From Escherichia coli O127:H6 str. E2348/69 (GTDB lineage: Bacteria; Pseudomonadota; Gammaproteobacteria; Enterobacterales; Enterobacteriaceae), in assembly GCF_000026545.1 (NCBI RefSeq), contig NC_011601.1: a stretch of DNA of 64,000 nucleotides; one strand, written 5' to 3'. Under the pieces are notes generated by a model. That model did no database searches, was not told the origin of the DNA, and worked only from the letters and a program-made list of their open reading frames with translations. Below, piece after piece: positions 30,391-48,317 of this stretch. Each line of letters opens with the position of its first letter. Positions within the stretch are counted from its first letter, which is position 1. Both the position numbers and the translations under genes were made by a program.

Positions 30391-31128
30391 ATGTATCCCG
30401 TCGACCTTCATATGCATACCGTTGCCAGCACGCATGCATATAGCACATTGAGTGATTACATTGCCCAGGCCAAACAAAAGGGCATTAAACTTTTTGCGAT
30501 CACCGATCATGGCCCGGATATGGAAGATGCGCCGCATCACTGGCACTTCATTAACATGCGTATCTGGCCGCGAGTGGTTGATGGGGTAGGGATCCTGCGC
30601 GGCATCGAAGCTAACATTAAAAATGTTGATGGTGAAATTGACTGCAGCGGCAAAATGTTTGATTCGCTGGATCTGATTATTGCCGGTTTTCATGAGCCGG
30701 TTTTTGCGCCACATGACAAAGCGACCAATACAAAAGCGATGATCGCCACTATCGCCAGCGGCAATGTTCATATAATAAGTCATCCCGGAAATCCACGGTA
30801 TCCAATTGATTTTAAAGCTGTTTCTGAAGCTGCAGTGAAACATCAGGTGGCGCTGGAAATCAATAATTCCTCATTTTTACACTCACGTAAGGGCAGTGAA
30901 GACAACTGTCGTGCGGTAGCCGCAGCGGTACGTGACGCTGGAGGTTGGGTGGCATTAGGCTCGGATTCTCACACTGCGTTTACCATGGGGGAATTTGAAG
31001 AGTGTCTTAAAATCCTCGACGCGGTAGATTTTCCGCCAGAGCGCATTTTGAATGTTTCTCCGCGCCGCTTACTTAACTTCCTTGAATCTCGCGGTATGGC
31101 ACCGATTGCGGAATTTGCAGACCTTTAA
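30391..31128 (+). CDS. ycdX: PHP-domain phosphatase YcdX
   Basis: 245 aa, [18 protein letters not shown]... Confidence 0.93.
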   Translation: MYPVDLHMHTVASTHAYSTLSDYIAQAKQKGIKLFAITDHGPDMEDAPHHWHFINMRIWPRVVDGVGILRGIEANIKNVDGEIDCSGKMFDSLDLIIAGFHEPVFAPHDKATNTKAMIATIASGNVHIISHPGNPRYPIDFKAVSEAAVKHQVALEINNSSFLHSRKGSEDNCRAVAAAVRDAGGWVALGSDSHTAFTMGEFEECLKILDAVDFPPERILNVSPRRLLNFLESRGMAPIAEFADL

Positions 31129-31151
31129 TTACTAGTAATGGAAATATATTA

Positions 31152-31706
31152 ATGAATGAGTTTTCTATCCTCTGTCGTGTGCTGGGTTCGCTCTATTACC
31201 GCCAACCGCAAGATCCTTTACTGGTGCCGTTGTTTACCCTGATTCGTGAGGGGAAACTGGCTGCGAACTGGCCACTGGAGCAGGATGAGTTACTGACGCG
31301 TTTACAGAAAAGCTGTGATATGACGCAAGTCTCTGCCGATTACAATGCGTTGTTTATCGGCGATGAATGTGCTGTGCCGCCATATCGTAGCGCATGGGTT
31401 GAGGGCGCAACGGAAGCGGAAGTGCGCGCTTTTCTTTCCGAACGAGGGATGCCACTAGCGGATACGCCAGCCGATCACATCGGCACATTGCTGCTTGCGG
31501 CTTCCTGGCTGGAAGATCAGTCAACGGAAGATGAGAGCGAAGCACTGGAAACACTGTTCAGTGAGTATCTGTTACCCTGGTGTGGTGCGTTCCTTGGCAA
31601 AGTGGAGGCCCATGCAACTACGCCTTTCTGGCGCACCATGGCACCGCTAACCCGCGATGCTATTAGTGCAATGTGGGACGAGCTGGAAGAAGATTCTGAA
31701 GAGTAA
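31152..31706 (+). CDS. ycdY: Chaperone YcdY
   Basis: 184 aa, K-12 synteny. Confidence 0.9.
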   Translation: MNEFSILCRVLGSLYYRQPQDPLLVPLFTLIREGKLAANWPLEQDELLTRLQKSCDMTQVSADYNALFIGDECAVPPYRSAWVEGATEAEVRAFLSERGMPLADTPADHIGTLLLAASWLEDQSTEDESEALETLFSEYLLPWCGAFLGKVEAHATTPFWRTMAPLTRDAISAMWDELEEDSEE

Positions 31707-31807
31707 ATGTGATCTGCATCACTCATAACTGCAACGGGTAATTTGTTGTTGCATAAAATGTGTGCTCGATCTCATTCATGGCCGCGTTTTCTGCTATCAT
31801 GCGCGGC

Positions 31808-32299
31808 ATGAACATACTTCTCTCTATTGCAATCACAACAGGCATTCTCTCCGGTATCTGGGGATGGGTGGCTGTTTCCCTGGGCTTACTAAGCTGGGCG
31901 GGCTTCCTGGGCTGTACGGCCTACTTTGCCTGCCCGCAAGGTGGGCTGAAAGGGCTGGCGATCTCCGCTGCAACCCTGCTTAGTGGCGTGGTGTGGGCGA
32001 TGGTCATTATTTACGGTAGTGCACTGGCACCACATCTGGAAATACTTGGTTATGTCATAACCGGTATTGTCGCGTTTCTGATGTGTATCCAGGCCAAACA
32101 GCTGCTGCTTTCATTTGTTCCGGGGACGTTTATAGGCGCATGCGCGACGTTTGCCGGGCAGGGTGACTGGAAACTGGTGTTACCTTCGCTGGCGCTTGGA
32201 CTGGTATTTGGTTACGCAATGAAAAACAGCGGCCTGTGGTTGGCGGCGCGTAGTGCAAAGACGGCTCACCGTGAGCAGCAAATCAAAAATAAAGCGTGA
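31808..32299 (+). CDS. ycdZ: Inner membrane protein YcdZ
   Basis: 163 aa from MNILLSIAITTG...; track ORF extended upstream. Confidence 0.88.
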   Translation: MNILLSIAITTGILSGIWGWVAVSLGLLSWAGFLGCTAYFACPQGGLKGLAISAATLLSGVVWAMVIIYGSALAPHLEILGYVITGIVAFLMCIQAKQLLLSFVPGTFIGACATFAGQGDWKLVLPSLALGLVFGYAMKNSGLWLAARSAKTAHREQQIKNKA

Positions 32300-32362
32300 G
32301 GGGCACTCACGCTTTCGCTTAAACCGTAAAATGCCGGATGATAATTCCGGCTTTTTTATCTA

Positions 32363-33196
32363 TCAGGATTCCGGTGGAACCGACATATGGCGGTATTTCA
32401 CCAGAATGTCATTCTGCCGTTCTGCTTTATTTTGCAAATCCCACAGACCACGGTCGATACCATCATTAATCAGGAAAATGACCCCTGTTTCGATAGCCGA
32501 CATCAGGCACAGCATAACAGGTTCGTTCGAGGTGTAACCCACTTCCCCTTCCAGCAAGCGCTGGTAGTCAATAAAGCGGAAAACCCCGGCCTGAACTTCA
32601 TAAGAAAGTATCGTCTTACTGGTGTTCACCGAGGAGAGGATCTCACCGGTACTCACATTGACGACGCGCAGGTTCACGGCAATCTGATCGAGCTGGTATT
32701 GCGTGTCGGCACCGATCCCAAAATATCTTGCCCCAACCCCGCCCGATTTGACGTTGCTTTCATAACCGATAATCGAACCTTCAACCATGATATTTGCCGC
32801 CGTTAAAGATTGCAGCGGGATTCGGTTATTAATGGCAACTGTGCCGTTTTCTTGTGCCGCACGAATAATCTTGCGCTCGTTAAGCAGATTTTGTAAGCCC
32901 TGGCGCTCCAGCGGTATAAACCAGCGAGAATCTTTCAATGCCGTGACCAGCATTGCCGTGGCGCTTTGCGGAACAGCAGTGGAGAAGTTACTTGCCGGGT
33001 AGGGTTTAAATTGCCCGGTTTCGTCCTGAATGTTGTATACCGAAACAAAGATCTTACCCGTCGGCGCTGGCAGATGGGTCAAATCTTTGTAGCTCTGAGC
33101 ACGAGGCATTAATGTCGGTCTGGCGGCTTCTTTAGGCGGGGCGGTTAAGCATCCGCTCAGTAACATGACGGCAACCAAAAGAAATAAGCGCTGCAT
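32363..33196 (-). CDS. csgG: Curli secretion channel CsgG
   Basis: 277 aa, lipoprotein signal ...LLSGC. Confidence 0.95.
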   Translation of the reverse strand: MQRLFLLVAVMLLSGCLTAPPKEAARPTLMPRAQSYKDLTHLPAPTGKIFVSVYNIQDETGQFKPYPASNFSTAVPQSATAMLVTALKDSRWFIPLERQGLQNLLNERKIIRAAQENGTVAINNRIPLQSLTAANIMVEGSIIGYESNVKSGGVGARYFGIGADTQYQLDQIAVNLRVVNVSTGEILSSVNTSKTILSYEVQAGVFRFIDYQRLLEGEVGYTSNEPVMLCLMSAIETGVIFLINDGIDRGLWDLQNKAERQNDILVKYRHMSVPPES

Positions 33197-33222
33197 GATT
33201 ATTTTCCTTATGAAGCTGGGGC

Positions 33223-33639
33223 TTAAAAATCGGTTGAGTTATTTTGTAAACCCGAAACCTGGATGGTCGAGGTTTGTCCGGTTTTACGATCTGTCACGTT
33301 CAACTGCAATTGACCATCGCGGTTAGCAATATCAACAATATAATCGTTGGTCACCATGCGGCCCGGTTTACCGGTATTAATATTCGACAGTAGCCCACCC
33401 AAAATTTGTGACTGGATGGCCTGAGTAAAGTTATCTAACGCTGATGGCGTTTCAATACCAAAGTCATCGCTATAGCTCGGATCTTTATAAGAGTTTTGTG
33501 CCTGGGCGCTATTTAATAAAAAAGCACCGTTATTTGGGTTACCACCAAAGTTTGGATTACGGAACTGGAAAGTCATGGTTCCAGCCCAACTTAATGGCGA
33601 AATAAGCATGAGTAGAACTACTGCATGTTTGACACGCAT
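33223..33639 (-). CDS. csgF: Curli assembly protein CsgF
   Basis: 138 aa. Confidence 0.93.
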   Translation of the reverse strand: MRVKHAVVLLMLISPLSWAGTMTFQFRNPNFGGNPNNGAFLLNSAQAQNSYKDPSYSDDFGIETPSALDNFTQAIQSQILGGLLSNINTGKPGRMVTNDYIVDIANRDGQLQLNVTDRKTGQTSTIQVSGLQNNSTDF

Positions 33640-33663
33640 TGCAGCCTCCGAACAATTTTTTAT

Positions 33664-34053
33664 TTAAAATTCATCATGCGCCAAATCGCCCGTACTTAAT
33701 AACGCCTGATTTATCTGGCGACGATTTAGTGCTTCTTCAGTTTGAATCAGTGCAAAGACGACAGTTTTCTCGAAGTCTCTTTTCAACGGAAATAAAAAAG
33801 TCTGGAAAATAACGTCCTGATTCACCGTTATTGTGATCCAGCTTCCCCATCGTGCACTGGGCCTTTCATTAATCGTTAAGTTACCCGTATAGTCACTTTC
33901 CCATTTATCACTAAAGGCTCGGTAAAAATCATGGCCAATAGATGAAACAGTATGGTCAGTTAACAATCCCGGGACTTCTACCTCAACGGCGTGAAGATTC
34001 CCTGCGGCGAACAGAAATTCTGCCGCCACAATCCAGCGTAAATAACGTTTCAT
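33664..34053 (-). CDS. csgE: Curli assembly protein CsgE
   Basis: 129 aa. Confidence 0.93.
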
Positions 34054-34057
34054 GGCT

Positions 34058-34708
<651 letters not shown>

Positions 34709-35461
34709 GATGAAACCCCACTTTTTTTATTGATCGCACACCTGACAGCTGCCTCTAAAATAGAAGCACCAGAAGTACTGACAGATGTTGCACTGCTGTG
34801 TGTAGTAATAAATCAGCCCTAAATGGGTAAAATATAAAACTAATGGATTACATCTGATTTCAATCTAGCCATTACAAATCTTAAATCAAGTGTTAAACAT
34901 GTAACTAAATGTAACTCGTTATATTAAAATGTTAACCTTAAGGTTTTATTAAGTTTAGAAATGATAGAAAAGTTGTACATTTGGTTTTTATTGCACAATT
35001 TTAAAAAATCATACAAATGGTGCTAACTTACTAATAATGCATATAAAAAATATTTCGCTGTAGTCCTTTCGTCATGTAAAACGTTCTTGTTTTTTCTCCA
35101 TACCACCGTGGACAATTTTTTACTGCAAAAAGACGAGGTTTGTCACGGCTTGTGCGCAAGACATATCGCAGCAATCAGCGACGGGCAAGAAGAATGACTG
35201 TCTGGTGATTTTTGATAGCGGAAAACGGAGATTTAAAAGAAAACAAAATATTTTTTGCGTAGATAACAGCGTATTTACGTGGGTTTTAATACTTTGGTAT
35301 GAACAAAAAAAGAAAAATACAACGCGCGGGTGAGTTATTAAAAATATTTCCGCAGACATACTTTCCATCGTAACGCAGCGTTGACAAAATACAGGTTGCG
35401 TTAACAACCAAGTTGAAATGATTTAATTTCTTAAATGTACGACCAGGTCCAGGGTGACAAC
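34709..35461. promoter_or_regulatory. csgD-csgB divergent intergenic regulatory region
   Basis: ~750-bp AT-rich spacer between divergent csgDEFG and csgBAC operons; known to carry both promoters and multiple regulator binding sites. Confidence 0.8.
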
Positions 35462-35917
35462 ATGAAAAACAAATTGTTATTTATGATGTTAACAATACTG
35501 GGTGCGCCTGGGATTGCAGCCGCAGCAGGTTATGATTTAGCTAATTCAGAATATAACTTCGCGGTAAATGAATTGAGTAAGTCTTCATTTAATCAGGCAG
35601 CCATAATTGGTCAAGCTGGGACTAATAATAGTGCTCAGTTACGGCAGGGAGGCTCAAAACTTTTGGCGGTTGTTGCGCAAGAAGGTAGTAGCAACCGGGC
35701 AAAGATTGACCAGACAGGAGATTATAACCTTGCATATATTGATCAGGCGGGCAGTGCCAACGATGCCAGTATTTCGCAAGGTGCTTATGGTAATACTGCG
35801 ATGATTATCCAGAAAGGTTCTGGTAATAAAGCAAATATTACACAGTATGGTACTCAAAAAACGGCAATTGTAGTGCAGAGACAGTCGCAAATGGCTATTC
35901 GCGTGACACAACGTTAA
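35462..35917 (+). CDS. csgB: Minor curlin nucleator CsgB
   Basis: 151 aa from MKNKLLFMMLTILGAPGIAAA. Confidence 0.95.
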   Translation: MKNKLLFMMLTILGAPGIAAAAGYDLANSEYNFAVNELSKSSFNQAAIIGQAGTNNSAQLRQGGSKLLAVVAQEGSSNRAKIDQTGDYNLAYIDQAGSANDASISQGAYGNTAMIIQKGSGNKANITQYGTQKTAIVVQRQSQMAIRVTQR

Positions 35918-35957
35918 TTTCCATTCGACTTTTAAATCAATCCGATGGGGGTTTTAC

Positions 35958-36413
35958 ATGAAACTTTTAAAAGTAGCAGCAATTGCAGCAATCGTATTCT
36001 CTGGTAGCGCTCTGGCAGGTGTTGTTCCTCAGTACGGCGGCGGCGGTAACCACGGTGGTGGCGGTAATAATAGCGGCCCAAATTCAGAGCTGAACATTTA
36101 CCAGTACGGTGGCGGTAACTCTGCTCTTGCTCTGCAAGCTGACGCCCGTAACTCTGATCTGACCATTACCCAGCACGGCGGCGGTAACGGCGCAGATGTT
36201 GGCCAAGGTTCTGATGACAGCTCAATCGATCTGACTCAGCGTGGTTTCGGCAACAGCGCTACTCTTGATCAGTGGAATGGTAAAGATTCTACTATGACTG
36301 TTAAACAGTTCGGTGGCGGTAACGGTGCTGCTGTTGACCAGACTGCATCTAACTCCAGCGTTAACGTCACTCAGGTTGGCTTTGGTAACAACGCGACCGC
36401 TCATCAGTACTAA
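35958..36413 (+). CDS. csgA: Major curlin subunit CsgA
   Basis: 151 aa with Gln/Asn-rich repeats. Confidence 0.95.
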   Translation: MKLLKVAAIAAIVFSGSALAGVVPQYGGGGNHGGGGNNSGPNSELNIYQYGGGNSALALQADARNSDLTITQHGGGNGADVGQGSDDSSIDLTQRGFGNSATLDQWNGKDSTMTVKQFGGGNGAAVDQTASNSSVNVTQVGFGNNATAHQY

Positions 36414-36434
36414 TACATCCTCTGTATTAAAGAA

Positions 36435-36459
36435 ACAGGGCGCAAGCCCTGTTTTTTTT
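36435..36459 (+). terminator. Rho-independent terminator after csgA
   Basis: ACAGGGC-GCAA-GCCCTGT hairpin followed by T8. Confidence 0.8.
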
Positions 36460-36471
36460 CGGGAGAAGAAT

Positions 36472-37236
<765 letters not shown>

Positions 37237-37330
37237 GTTTCTGAACAACTCACGTTGCTGAGCAGAAAAATGCGATTTAACCAAAAAGCCTGCTGTACAC
37301 TTAAGAAACAAGAAGGTGTAAGGAGGCGTT

Positions 37331-37864
37331 ATGAAAACGCGTATTCATGTTGTGCAGGGTGATATTACCAAACTGGCCGTTGATGTGATTGTGAATGCGG
37401 CTAATCCGTCATTAATGGGAGGCGGCGGCGTCGATGGGGCCATTCATCGCGCAGCGGGTCCGGCGCTGCTGGATGCCTGTTTAAAAGTCAGGCAGCAGCA
37501 GGGCGATTGCCCTACGGGGCATGCCGTTATTACGCTTGCAGGCGATCTTCCCGCTAAAGCCGTAGTGCACACCGTCGGGCCAGTCTGGCGTGGTGGTGAA
37601 CAAAACGAAGACCAGCTTTTGCAGGATGCCTATCTCAATAGCCTACGACTGGTGGCGGCAAACAGCTATACGTCAGTGGCTTTTCCTGCAATCAGTACTG
37701 GGGTTTATGGTTATCCTCGTGCGGCAGCGGCTGAAATCGCAGTAAAAACCGTTTCAGAATTTATTACCCGTCACGCTTTACCCGAACAGGTATACTTTGT
37801 CTGTTATGATGAAGAAAACGCCCACCTCTACGAAAGACTCCTTACCCAACAAGGAGATGAATGA
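37331..37864 (+). CDS. ymdB: O-acetyl-ADP-ribose deacetylase (macrodomain) YmdB
   Basis: 177 aa; macrodomain motifs ([23 protein letters not shown]). Confidence 0.93.
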
Positions 37865-39287
37865 TTTGCCTCGGCTGGCGAGCGCGGTGCTGCCACTGTG
37901 TTCGCAACATCCCGGTCAGTGTGGACTTTTTCCTCTGGAGAAAAGTCTGGATGCGTTTGCCGCCCGGTATCGTCTGGCTGAAATGGCAGAGCATACGCTG
38001 GATGTTCAGTATTACATCTGGCAGGACGATATGTCGGGTCGGTTACTGTTTTCCGCCCTGTTAGCCGCAGCAAAGCGTGGCGTTCGCGTACGTTTGTTGC
38101 TGGACGACAACAATACGCCCGGACTTGATAACATTTTACGCTTGCTTGACAGCCATCCACGCATTGAAGTCCGGCTTTTTAATCCTTTCTCGTTTCGCTT
38201 GCTACGTCCGCTTGGTTATATCACCGACTTTTCCCGTCTCAATCGCCGTATGCACAATAAAAGTTTCACTGTCGATGGCGTGGTGACGCTGGTGGGAGGA
38301 CGAAATATTGGTGATGCCTATTTTGGTGCAGGGGAAGAGCCACTTTTTTCGGATTTAGATGTCATGGCAATAGGAGCCGTGGTAGAGGACGTTGCCGATG
38401 ATTTCGCCCGCTATTGGTATTGCAAATCGGTTTCCCCCTTACAGCAGGTGCTGGATGTCCCGGAAGGTGAAATGGCAGATCGCATCGAGTTACCCGCCTC
38501 CTGGCATAACGATGTCATGACGCATCGTTACTTACGCAAAATGGAATCCAGTCCGTTTATAAATCATCTGGTTGATGGAACGTTGCCGCTTATCTGGGCG
38601 AAAACACGTTTATTAAGTGATGATCCGGCGAAAGGGGAGGGCAAGGCAAAACGGCATTCACTGTTACCGCAGCGCCTGTTCGATATCATGGGCTCACCCA
38701 GTGAACGCATCGATATTATCTCTTCCTATTTTGTACCGACACGTGCAGGTGTGGCGCAACTCTTACGGATGGTGAGAAAAGGGGTAAAGATTGCGATCCT
38801 AACCAATTCTCTTGCCGCTAACGATGTTGCTGTCGTCCATGCAGGATACGCGCGCTGGCGCAAAAAATTGCTCCGCTATGGGGTGGAATTATATGAGCTC
38901 AAGCCGACGCGTGAACAAAGTAGTACGTTACACGATCGCGGCATAACCGGTAATTCAGGGGCCAGCCTGCATGCTAAAACCTTTAGTATCGATGGTAAAA
39001 CGGTGTTTATCGGCTCTTTCAATTTCGATCCGCGTTCAACGTTGCTCAATACTGAAATGGGCTTCGTGATAGAGAGCGAAACGCTGGCACAGTTAATTGA
39101 TAAACGCTTTATTCAGAGCCAGTATGATGCGGCCTGGCAGCTCCGTCTGGACAGGTGGGGACGGATCAACTGGGTTGATCGTCATGCAAAGAAAGAGATT
39201 ATTCTCAAAAAAGAACCCGCCACCAGTTTCTGGAAGCGGGTTATGGTCAAACTGGCGTCGATATTGCCCGTGGAATGGTTATTGTAA
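37857..39287 (+). CDS. clsC: Cardiolipin synthase C (ClsC/YmdC), two HKD motifs
   Basis: Phospholipase-D family; start chosen at MNDLPRL (exact start uncertain). Confidence 0.88.
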   Translation: MNDLPRLASAVLPLCSQHPGQCGLFPLEKSLDAFAARYRLAEMAEHTLDVQYYIWQDDMSGRLLFSALLAAAKRGVRVRLLLDDNNTPGLDNILRLLDSHPRIEVRLFNPFSFRLLRPLGYITDFSRLNRRMHNKSFTVDGVVTLVGGRNIGDAYFGAGEEPLFSDLDVMAIGAVVEDVADDFARYWYCKSVSPLQQVLDVPEGEMADRIELPASWHNDVMTHRYLRKMESSPFINHLVDGTLPLIWAKTRLLSDDPAKGEGKAKRHSLLPQRLFDIMGSPSERIDIISSYFVPTRAGVAQLLRMVRKGVKIAILTNSLAANDVAVVHAGYARWRKKLLRYGVELYELKPTREQSSTLHDRGITGNSGASLHAKTFSIDGKTVFIGSFNFDPRSTLLNTEMGFVIESETLAQLIDKRFIQSQYDAAWQLRLDRWGRINWVDRHAKKEIILKKEPATSFWKRVMVKLASILPVEWLL

Positions 39288-39294
39288 ACGCGGC

Positions 39295-40452
39295 TTAACG
39301 GGCAGGTGCTTTATCGTTCTCACGCTTAACAACCGGTTTACCAGAGAACAAAAACTTCAATAATGGGATGCGTAAATGAATTTCATACAGAATTATCGCA
39401 ATCCCTACTACGAATATCAGGCCACAGAGAAAACCAAGCCAGTTGGAGGTGATGTGTGGTGTAATGTATGCGCCGAAAAACAGCGTTAACGGGTGGTGAA
39501 CCAGATAGATAAACAGCGATGCGTTAACAAAATAAGTCACCCGCGCTGACTGGAAGTTAAGCAAACGGTGGCCAAAGGAGAAGACCACATTCACCATCCA
39601 CAGACCGAGGACCATAGTGATCACCGACTCGGTTTCATACATCCAGGCATCGCCACTGCCATAGCGCTGGTTGAGTAAATAAGCGACAAACGCCAATGCT
39701 GCTGCAAGGGTACAGCCACGAGACGGCGTGGTAAACAAGGCTTTAAGATGAGGGAAAATGAAAGCCAGTGCGCCGAGGATAAAGAACGGCAAATAAAATA
39801 ACGTTTGCATGACAATAAAATTGAACATGCCGTTACTCAGAATGGGTGGATACACAATAAAAATCGTTCTTCTTATTACCGCATAACCGATGCCGAGGCA
39901 CAAAAAAATCACCGATAATTTTACCATCGAGAATTTTTTATTCGTTTTATCAGAATTTTCTAAATTATTTCTGATGCGTTTAAATATCCATACGCACAGC
40001 GTCGTCATGACCACTAACACCAGTAAAAACCACAGGTGTGATATTAATTCCCAGGCCAACGTATTATATTTGTCATACAATGACAGCCCAGGCCAACTTT
40101 CCGCTTTCCCTTTGACGTATTGCAGCATAATAAATTGCGGCAATGTCAGTAAGGGGATGGCTGTTAACATCGGGATCCCTACACGTTCGACACGTACTTT
40201 CCACCATTTTTTCAAGGGATAGCGTAAAAAAAGCATGTAGGAAAAGTACCCGGATATAACGAAAAACACCTGCATGCGGAACGAGTGGATGAAGTCATTA
40301 AAAAGGGTCAGCCACAATGACGGTTCGGCGCTATTCACATGCCATGTATGGCTCGAATAGATTAAAGAAATATGAAAAGGGATCCCTAACAACATCAGCC
40401 AGGCGCGGATGGAGTCGAGGAAATATTCACGTTGCGCGGGTACTGGATTCAT
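39295..40452 (-). CDS. opgC: Glucans biosynthesis protein C (OpgC/MdoC)
   Basis: 385-aa polytopic membrane protein. Confidence 0.92.
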   Translation of the reverse strand: MNPVPAQREYFLDSIRAWLMLLGIPFHISLIYSSHTWHVNSAEPSLWLTLFNDFIHSFRMQVFFVISGYFSYMLFLRYPLKKWWKVRVERVGIPMLTAIPLLTLPQFIMLQYVKGKAESWPGLSLYDKYNTLAWELISHLWFLLVLVVMTTLCVWIFKRIRNNLENSDKTNKKFSMVKLSVIFLCLGIGYAVIRRTIFIVYPPILSNGMFNFIVMQTLFYLPFFILGALAFIFPHLKALFTTPSRGCTLAAALAFVAYLLNQRYGSGDAWMYETESVITMVLGLWMVNVVFSFGHRLLNFQSARVTYFVNASLFIYLVHHPLTLFFGAYITPHITSNWLGFLCGLIFVVGIAIILYEIHLRIPLLKFLFSGKPVVKRENDKAPAR

Positions 40453-40734
40453 ATATGGTTAACTAATCTCGGATTTTTCGTCTTATCCCTGTCGGGTTAT
40501 GCCTTTAGGCTTGTTGCCATAGCGACACCGACCTGACCGCGCCAGGCGCAGGCTTCAAGGTTTTTATGCATAGCATCATCGCTACCACTAACCAGAATGG
40601 AAGCGTCTGTAAGACGGTTGATAAATAAATTTGCTGGCAAACCCTACACGAAGTCGATGCTTCTGTCTTTAGGAGAAGCACGGAAAGTGAAAACGGTTGC
40701 AATCAGGTGCTTAATCCATGAGCCAGTGTGCTGA

Positions 40735-44917
<4,183 letters not shown>

Positions 44918-44927
44918 AAACGTAGTT

Positions 44928-45026
44928 GCCTGATGCGCTACGCTTATCAGGCCTACATCGCTCCTGCAATGTGTTGATTTTGCAAGATTTTGTAGGTCGG
45001 ATAAGGCGTTCACACCACATCTGGCA
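44928..45026. repeat. REP (repetitive extragenic palindromic) elements
   Basis: GCCTGATGCGCTACGCTTATCAGGCCTACA and TGTAGGTCGGATAAGGCGTTCAC... units downstream of opgH. Confidence 0.7.
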
Positions 45027-45089
45027 AAATCAACGAGCCAATAAAAATACCGGCGTTATGCCGGTATTTTTTTACGGAAGAGGTATCAA

Positions 45090-45317
45090 ATGCGTTTAAT
45101 TGTGGTGAGCATCATGGTGACCTTGCTGAGTGGCTGTGGCAGCATTATTAGCCGCACTATACCGGGGCAGGGGCATGGCAACCAATATTATCCCGGTGTG
45201 CAATGGGATGTGCGTGACTCCGCCTGGCGTTATGTCACGATCCTTGATCTGCCATTCTCCCTGGTTTTTGATACTTTACTGCTGCCGATCGACATTCATC
45301 ATGGCCCGTATGAGTAA
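45090..45317 (+). CDS. yceK: Lipoprotein YceK
   Basis: 75 aa with lipobox LLSGC. Confidence 0.88.
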   Translation: MRLIVVSIMVTLLSGCGSIISRTIPGQGHGNQYYPGVQWDVRDSAWRYVTILDLPFSLVFDTLLLPIDIHHGPYE

Positions 45318-45692
45318 TTAACGTTCATCCCACTCATCAGCTGCTGCGCGTCCTTCCTCGGTATCCAGCGGTGGCTCAAGCTGAAATTCCCCCTCGTCCC
45401 ATTCATGTAATGTATTCTCATCTTGCCACTCCTGGCGGATCTCTATCTCATCATAGTCGCCGTCAAAGACACTTTGCGCAGCTTCACCGCTAAGCATGGG
45501 TAAACATTCACCTTCTTCCCCTTCGTCGGCAAAAAACTCAACTTGCCACATGATGTCGCCGTCCTGCAAAACGTATTTTTGGGCATTGAACTGTTGCACA
45601 TTCGCGTTTTCGGCGTCGATGCCGGGGTTGTCTGCAAGAAATTCTTCGCGTGCAGCGTCAATGGCTTCTTCAAGCATTGCGTACATGGTCAT
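45318..45692 (-). CDS. msyB: Acidic protein MsyB
   Basis: 124 aa, highly acidic. Confidence 0.9.
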   Translation of the reverse strand: MTMYAMLEEAIDAAREEFLADNPGIDAENANVQQFNAQKYVLQDGDIMWQVEFFADEGEEGECLPMLSGEAAQSVFDGDYDEIEIRQEWQDENTLHEWDEGEFQLEPPLDTEEGRAAADEWDER

Positions 45693-45774
45693 CACGATTC
45701 TCCCTTTGAGTTGATGAGGTTTCAGGGAAAAGGATAGCTGATTCTCCGCTTTTGCAAGTATGAAAGGCGAAAAA

Positions 45775-47001
45775 TCAGTTCGATATCTGGGGGATTCGAC
45801 GACGACGTAGACTGTTCCATGAATAGACTGCGTTGAATAACACGACGCCAGCGGTGACGAGAAATACCGCCCTGAAACCGTAGTTCGCTGAAATCGCTGC
45901 TCCCATCAATGGTCCGGTAACGTTGCCAATATCACGAAACGATTGGTTATAGCTGAAGATACGCCCGGCGATCTGGTTGCTCGAGTTATAAACTAATAGT
46001 GTCTGTACGGCGGGGAGTAGTGCACCATCGGCGGCACCGAGCAAAAAACGTAAAATCCCAAGTTGTAATGGCGTCTGAACGTAAGACATTGGGATCAACA
46101 GCAGTACAGAAAAGATCAGCGCTGTAATCAGGATCTTTTCGGGTCCGATTCGATCGCCAAGTTTGCCGAGTCGTGGTGCACTTAGCAGAGCCGCCACGCC
46201 TGGCACCGAGGCGATCATGCCACTGATAAAGGCGACGTTACTGACGTTACCCGCCAGTTCGCGGACATACAGCGTCAGAATGGGGGCAATTGAGCCCGTC
46301 GCCACCTGGATGATTAACGTAGTGACAAACAGGCTGAGTACCAGTTTCGGGTTTTTAAGTGATGTCACCACTTCCCGCATGTGCAGCATCTCTTTTTTGC
46401 TGACCGGCTGGAATTTTTCTCTGATGCAGAACAGGGTGACGAAAAAGCAGAGTATGAGCACACTGGCGGTAATAAAGAATACCGGACGTAAGCCGTAGCT
46501 ATCGGCGAGCAAACCGCCAGCCATTGGGCCGAGCAACGCGCCGCTAACGCCGCCTGTGGAGAGCGTACCCAGCGCCCAGCCGCTTTTATTACGCGGTACT
46601 TGTGTGGCGATAAGAGCATTAGCGTTGGGGACAAATCCGCCAAGTAACCCAAGAAGCGCCCGCAGGATCAAAAACTGCCAGATATTTTGTGCCAGCCCCA
46701 TCAACACCATCACGATGCCCATGCCGAGGGCAGAGCGTAATAGCATGAGTTTTCGGCCTTTACGGTCGGCGAGTCCACCCCAAAACGGTGAGGCGATGGC
46801 CGAAAATAAAAATGTAATGCTGAAGACAATACCGGACCACATATTCAAGGCGGAGTGGCCCGTAACGCCAAGCTGCTCAACGTAGAGGGGTAAGAAGGGC
46901 ATTACCAGGCTGAAGGCGGCACCCGTAAGAAAACAGCCTAGCCAGGCGACGATCAGGTTTCGTTTCCAGTTTATAGGGGTGTCATTTTCACAGGGTGACA
47001 T
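45775..47001 (-). CDS. mdtG: MFS multidrug efflux transporter MdtG
   Basis: 408 aa. Confidence 0.92.
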   Translation of the reverse strand: MSPCENDTPINWKRNLIVAWLGCFLTGAAFSLVMPFLPLYVEQLGVTGHSALNMWSGIVFSITFLFSAIASPFWGGLADRKGRKLMLLRSALGMGIVMVLMGLAQNIWQFLILRALLGLLGGFVPNANALIATQVPRNKSGWALGTLSTGGVSGALLGPMAGGLLADSYGLRPVFFITASVLILCFFVTLFCIREKFQPVSKKEMLHMREVVTSLKNPKLVLSLFVTTLIIQVATGSIAPILTLYVRELAGNVSNVAFISGMIASVPGVAALLSAPRLGKLGDRIGPEKILITALIFSVLLLIPMSYVQTPLQLGILRFLLGAADGALLPAVQTLLVYNSSNQIAGRIFSYNQSFRDIGNVTGPLMGAAISANYGFRAVFLVTAGVVLFNAVYSWNSLRRRRIPQISN

Positions 47002-47172
47002 AGCAATCCGCTGTTGGTGCGCCAGGCGCGGTGAACATAAGAAGAAAAGATAAGCACACTAATTATGCGCCCGACTTCCAGGGGGCGCAATCCAGAGAGC
47101 TTTTATCGCTAAATCAGGGGGATTTGCTGTGGTAATGCCGGATGCTATTCTCAAGCATCCGGCTTGGGAGAT

Positions 47173-48093
47173 TTAATAGCGTGAAGGAACGCCTTCCGGA
47201 CGTGTTTTAAAGCGACGGTGTAACCACATATACTGCTCTGGTGCCATCATGATGCATTTTTCGACCACTTTGTTCATCCACGCGGCGGTAGTTTCGGCAT
47301 CATCCAGCGGCGGAGAACACTCTGGCGGCAGCATAATCAACTGATACCCTTTGCCATCTGGCTTACGGCGTGGAACGAAGGGCACCAGACATGCGCCGGA
47401 CATCCGTGCCAGCATCCAGGTTCCGGTCGTGGTCGCAGCCTGCTCAACGGCAAACAACGGGACAAAAACGCTTGAGCGCGGGCCGTAATCATGATCCGGT
47501 GCGTACCAGACCACTTCGCCTTTTTTCAGGGTTTTAATCATGCCTTTTAAATCTTTGCGGTCGAGCATCGATTTATTTGAGCGCAAACGGCCCCAGGTTT
47601 GTAGCCAGTCAATCAGTGGATTATCGTTCGGGCGGTAAACGCCAATCCCCGGTTCCTGCATACCAAACTGCCGCGCACCAAGCTCCAGTGTCAGAAAATG
47701 GATGCCAACTAACAGGATGCCGCGTTTTTGCGCCTGCACGTCACGAATGTGTTCCATGCCGATCACTTCCGTCCAGCGGGCGATTCTGCGGTCCGGCCAG
47801 AACCACGCCATGCCGGTTTCCATCAGGCCCATGCCAACGGATTCGAAATTCTTCACCACCATTTTACGGCGTTCTTGTTCGCTCATTTCCGGGAAGCACA
47901 GTTCCAGGTTGCGATGCACAATTTTTGCGCGTCGTTTCATAAAACGTAACGCAAGTTTTCCTAATCCACAACCGAGGCGGTAGATAACCGGGTAGGGCAA
48001 TTGCACGACCAACCAAAGTACGCCAATACCCAACCAGGTTAACCAATAACGCGGATGAAGCAGTGCGGTGGAGAACTTGGGTAGATTCGTCAT
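47173..48093 (-). CDS. lpxL: Lipid A lauroyl acyltransferase LpxL (HtrB)
   Basis: 306 aa from [17 protein letters not shown]. Confidence 0.93.
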   Translation of the reverse strand: MTNLPKFSTALLHPRYWLTWLGIGVLWLVVQLPYPVIYRLGCGLGKLALRFMKRRAKIVHRNLELCFPEMSEQERRKMVVKNFESVGMGLMETGMAWFWPDRRIARWTEVIGMEHIRDVQAQKRGILLVGIHFLTLELGARQFGMQEPGIGVYRPNDNPLIDWLQTWGRLRSNKSMLDRKDLKGMIKTLKKGEVVWYAPDHDYGPRSSVFVPLFAVEQAATTTGTWMLARMSGACLVPFVPRRKPDGKGYQLIMLPPECSPPLDDAETTAAWMNKVVEKCIMMAPEQYMWLHRRFKTRPEGVPSRY

Positions 48094-48317
48094 ATCAATC
48101 CTGTTTTTCAACCTATACGGGCAATTGTATGTATTGTCGCATTTTTTCGTCTGCAACCAAAATTTGTGACTGAAGACTGGGCGAAATTGCCGCGCTTGTA
48201 AATAACAAATAATTTTTAATGCTAAAATGTAGCGTAAAATGTGTGGATGTTAATTATCGATAATTGCTATATCATGCCGCGGATTTTTACTTTCCCATCT
48301 CGCAGGAACCGTACACC

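Noticed and set aside
37797-37856. Longer clsC start (track ORF begins at 37797)
   Set aside because: The extension overlaps the end of ymdB in another frame; an ATG at 37857 (MNDLPRL) gives a protein close to the expected ClsC length. The exact start remains uncertain.
37331-37864. YmdB macrodomain as a second DarT-reversing enzyme or part of the defence locus
   Set aside because: ymdB is a conserved core gene in its normal K-12 context, 34 kb from darTG; sharing the macrodomain fold is not evidence of a functional link.
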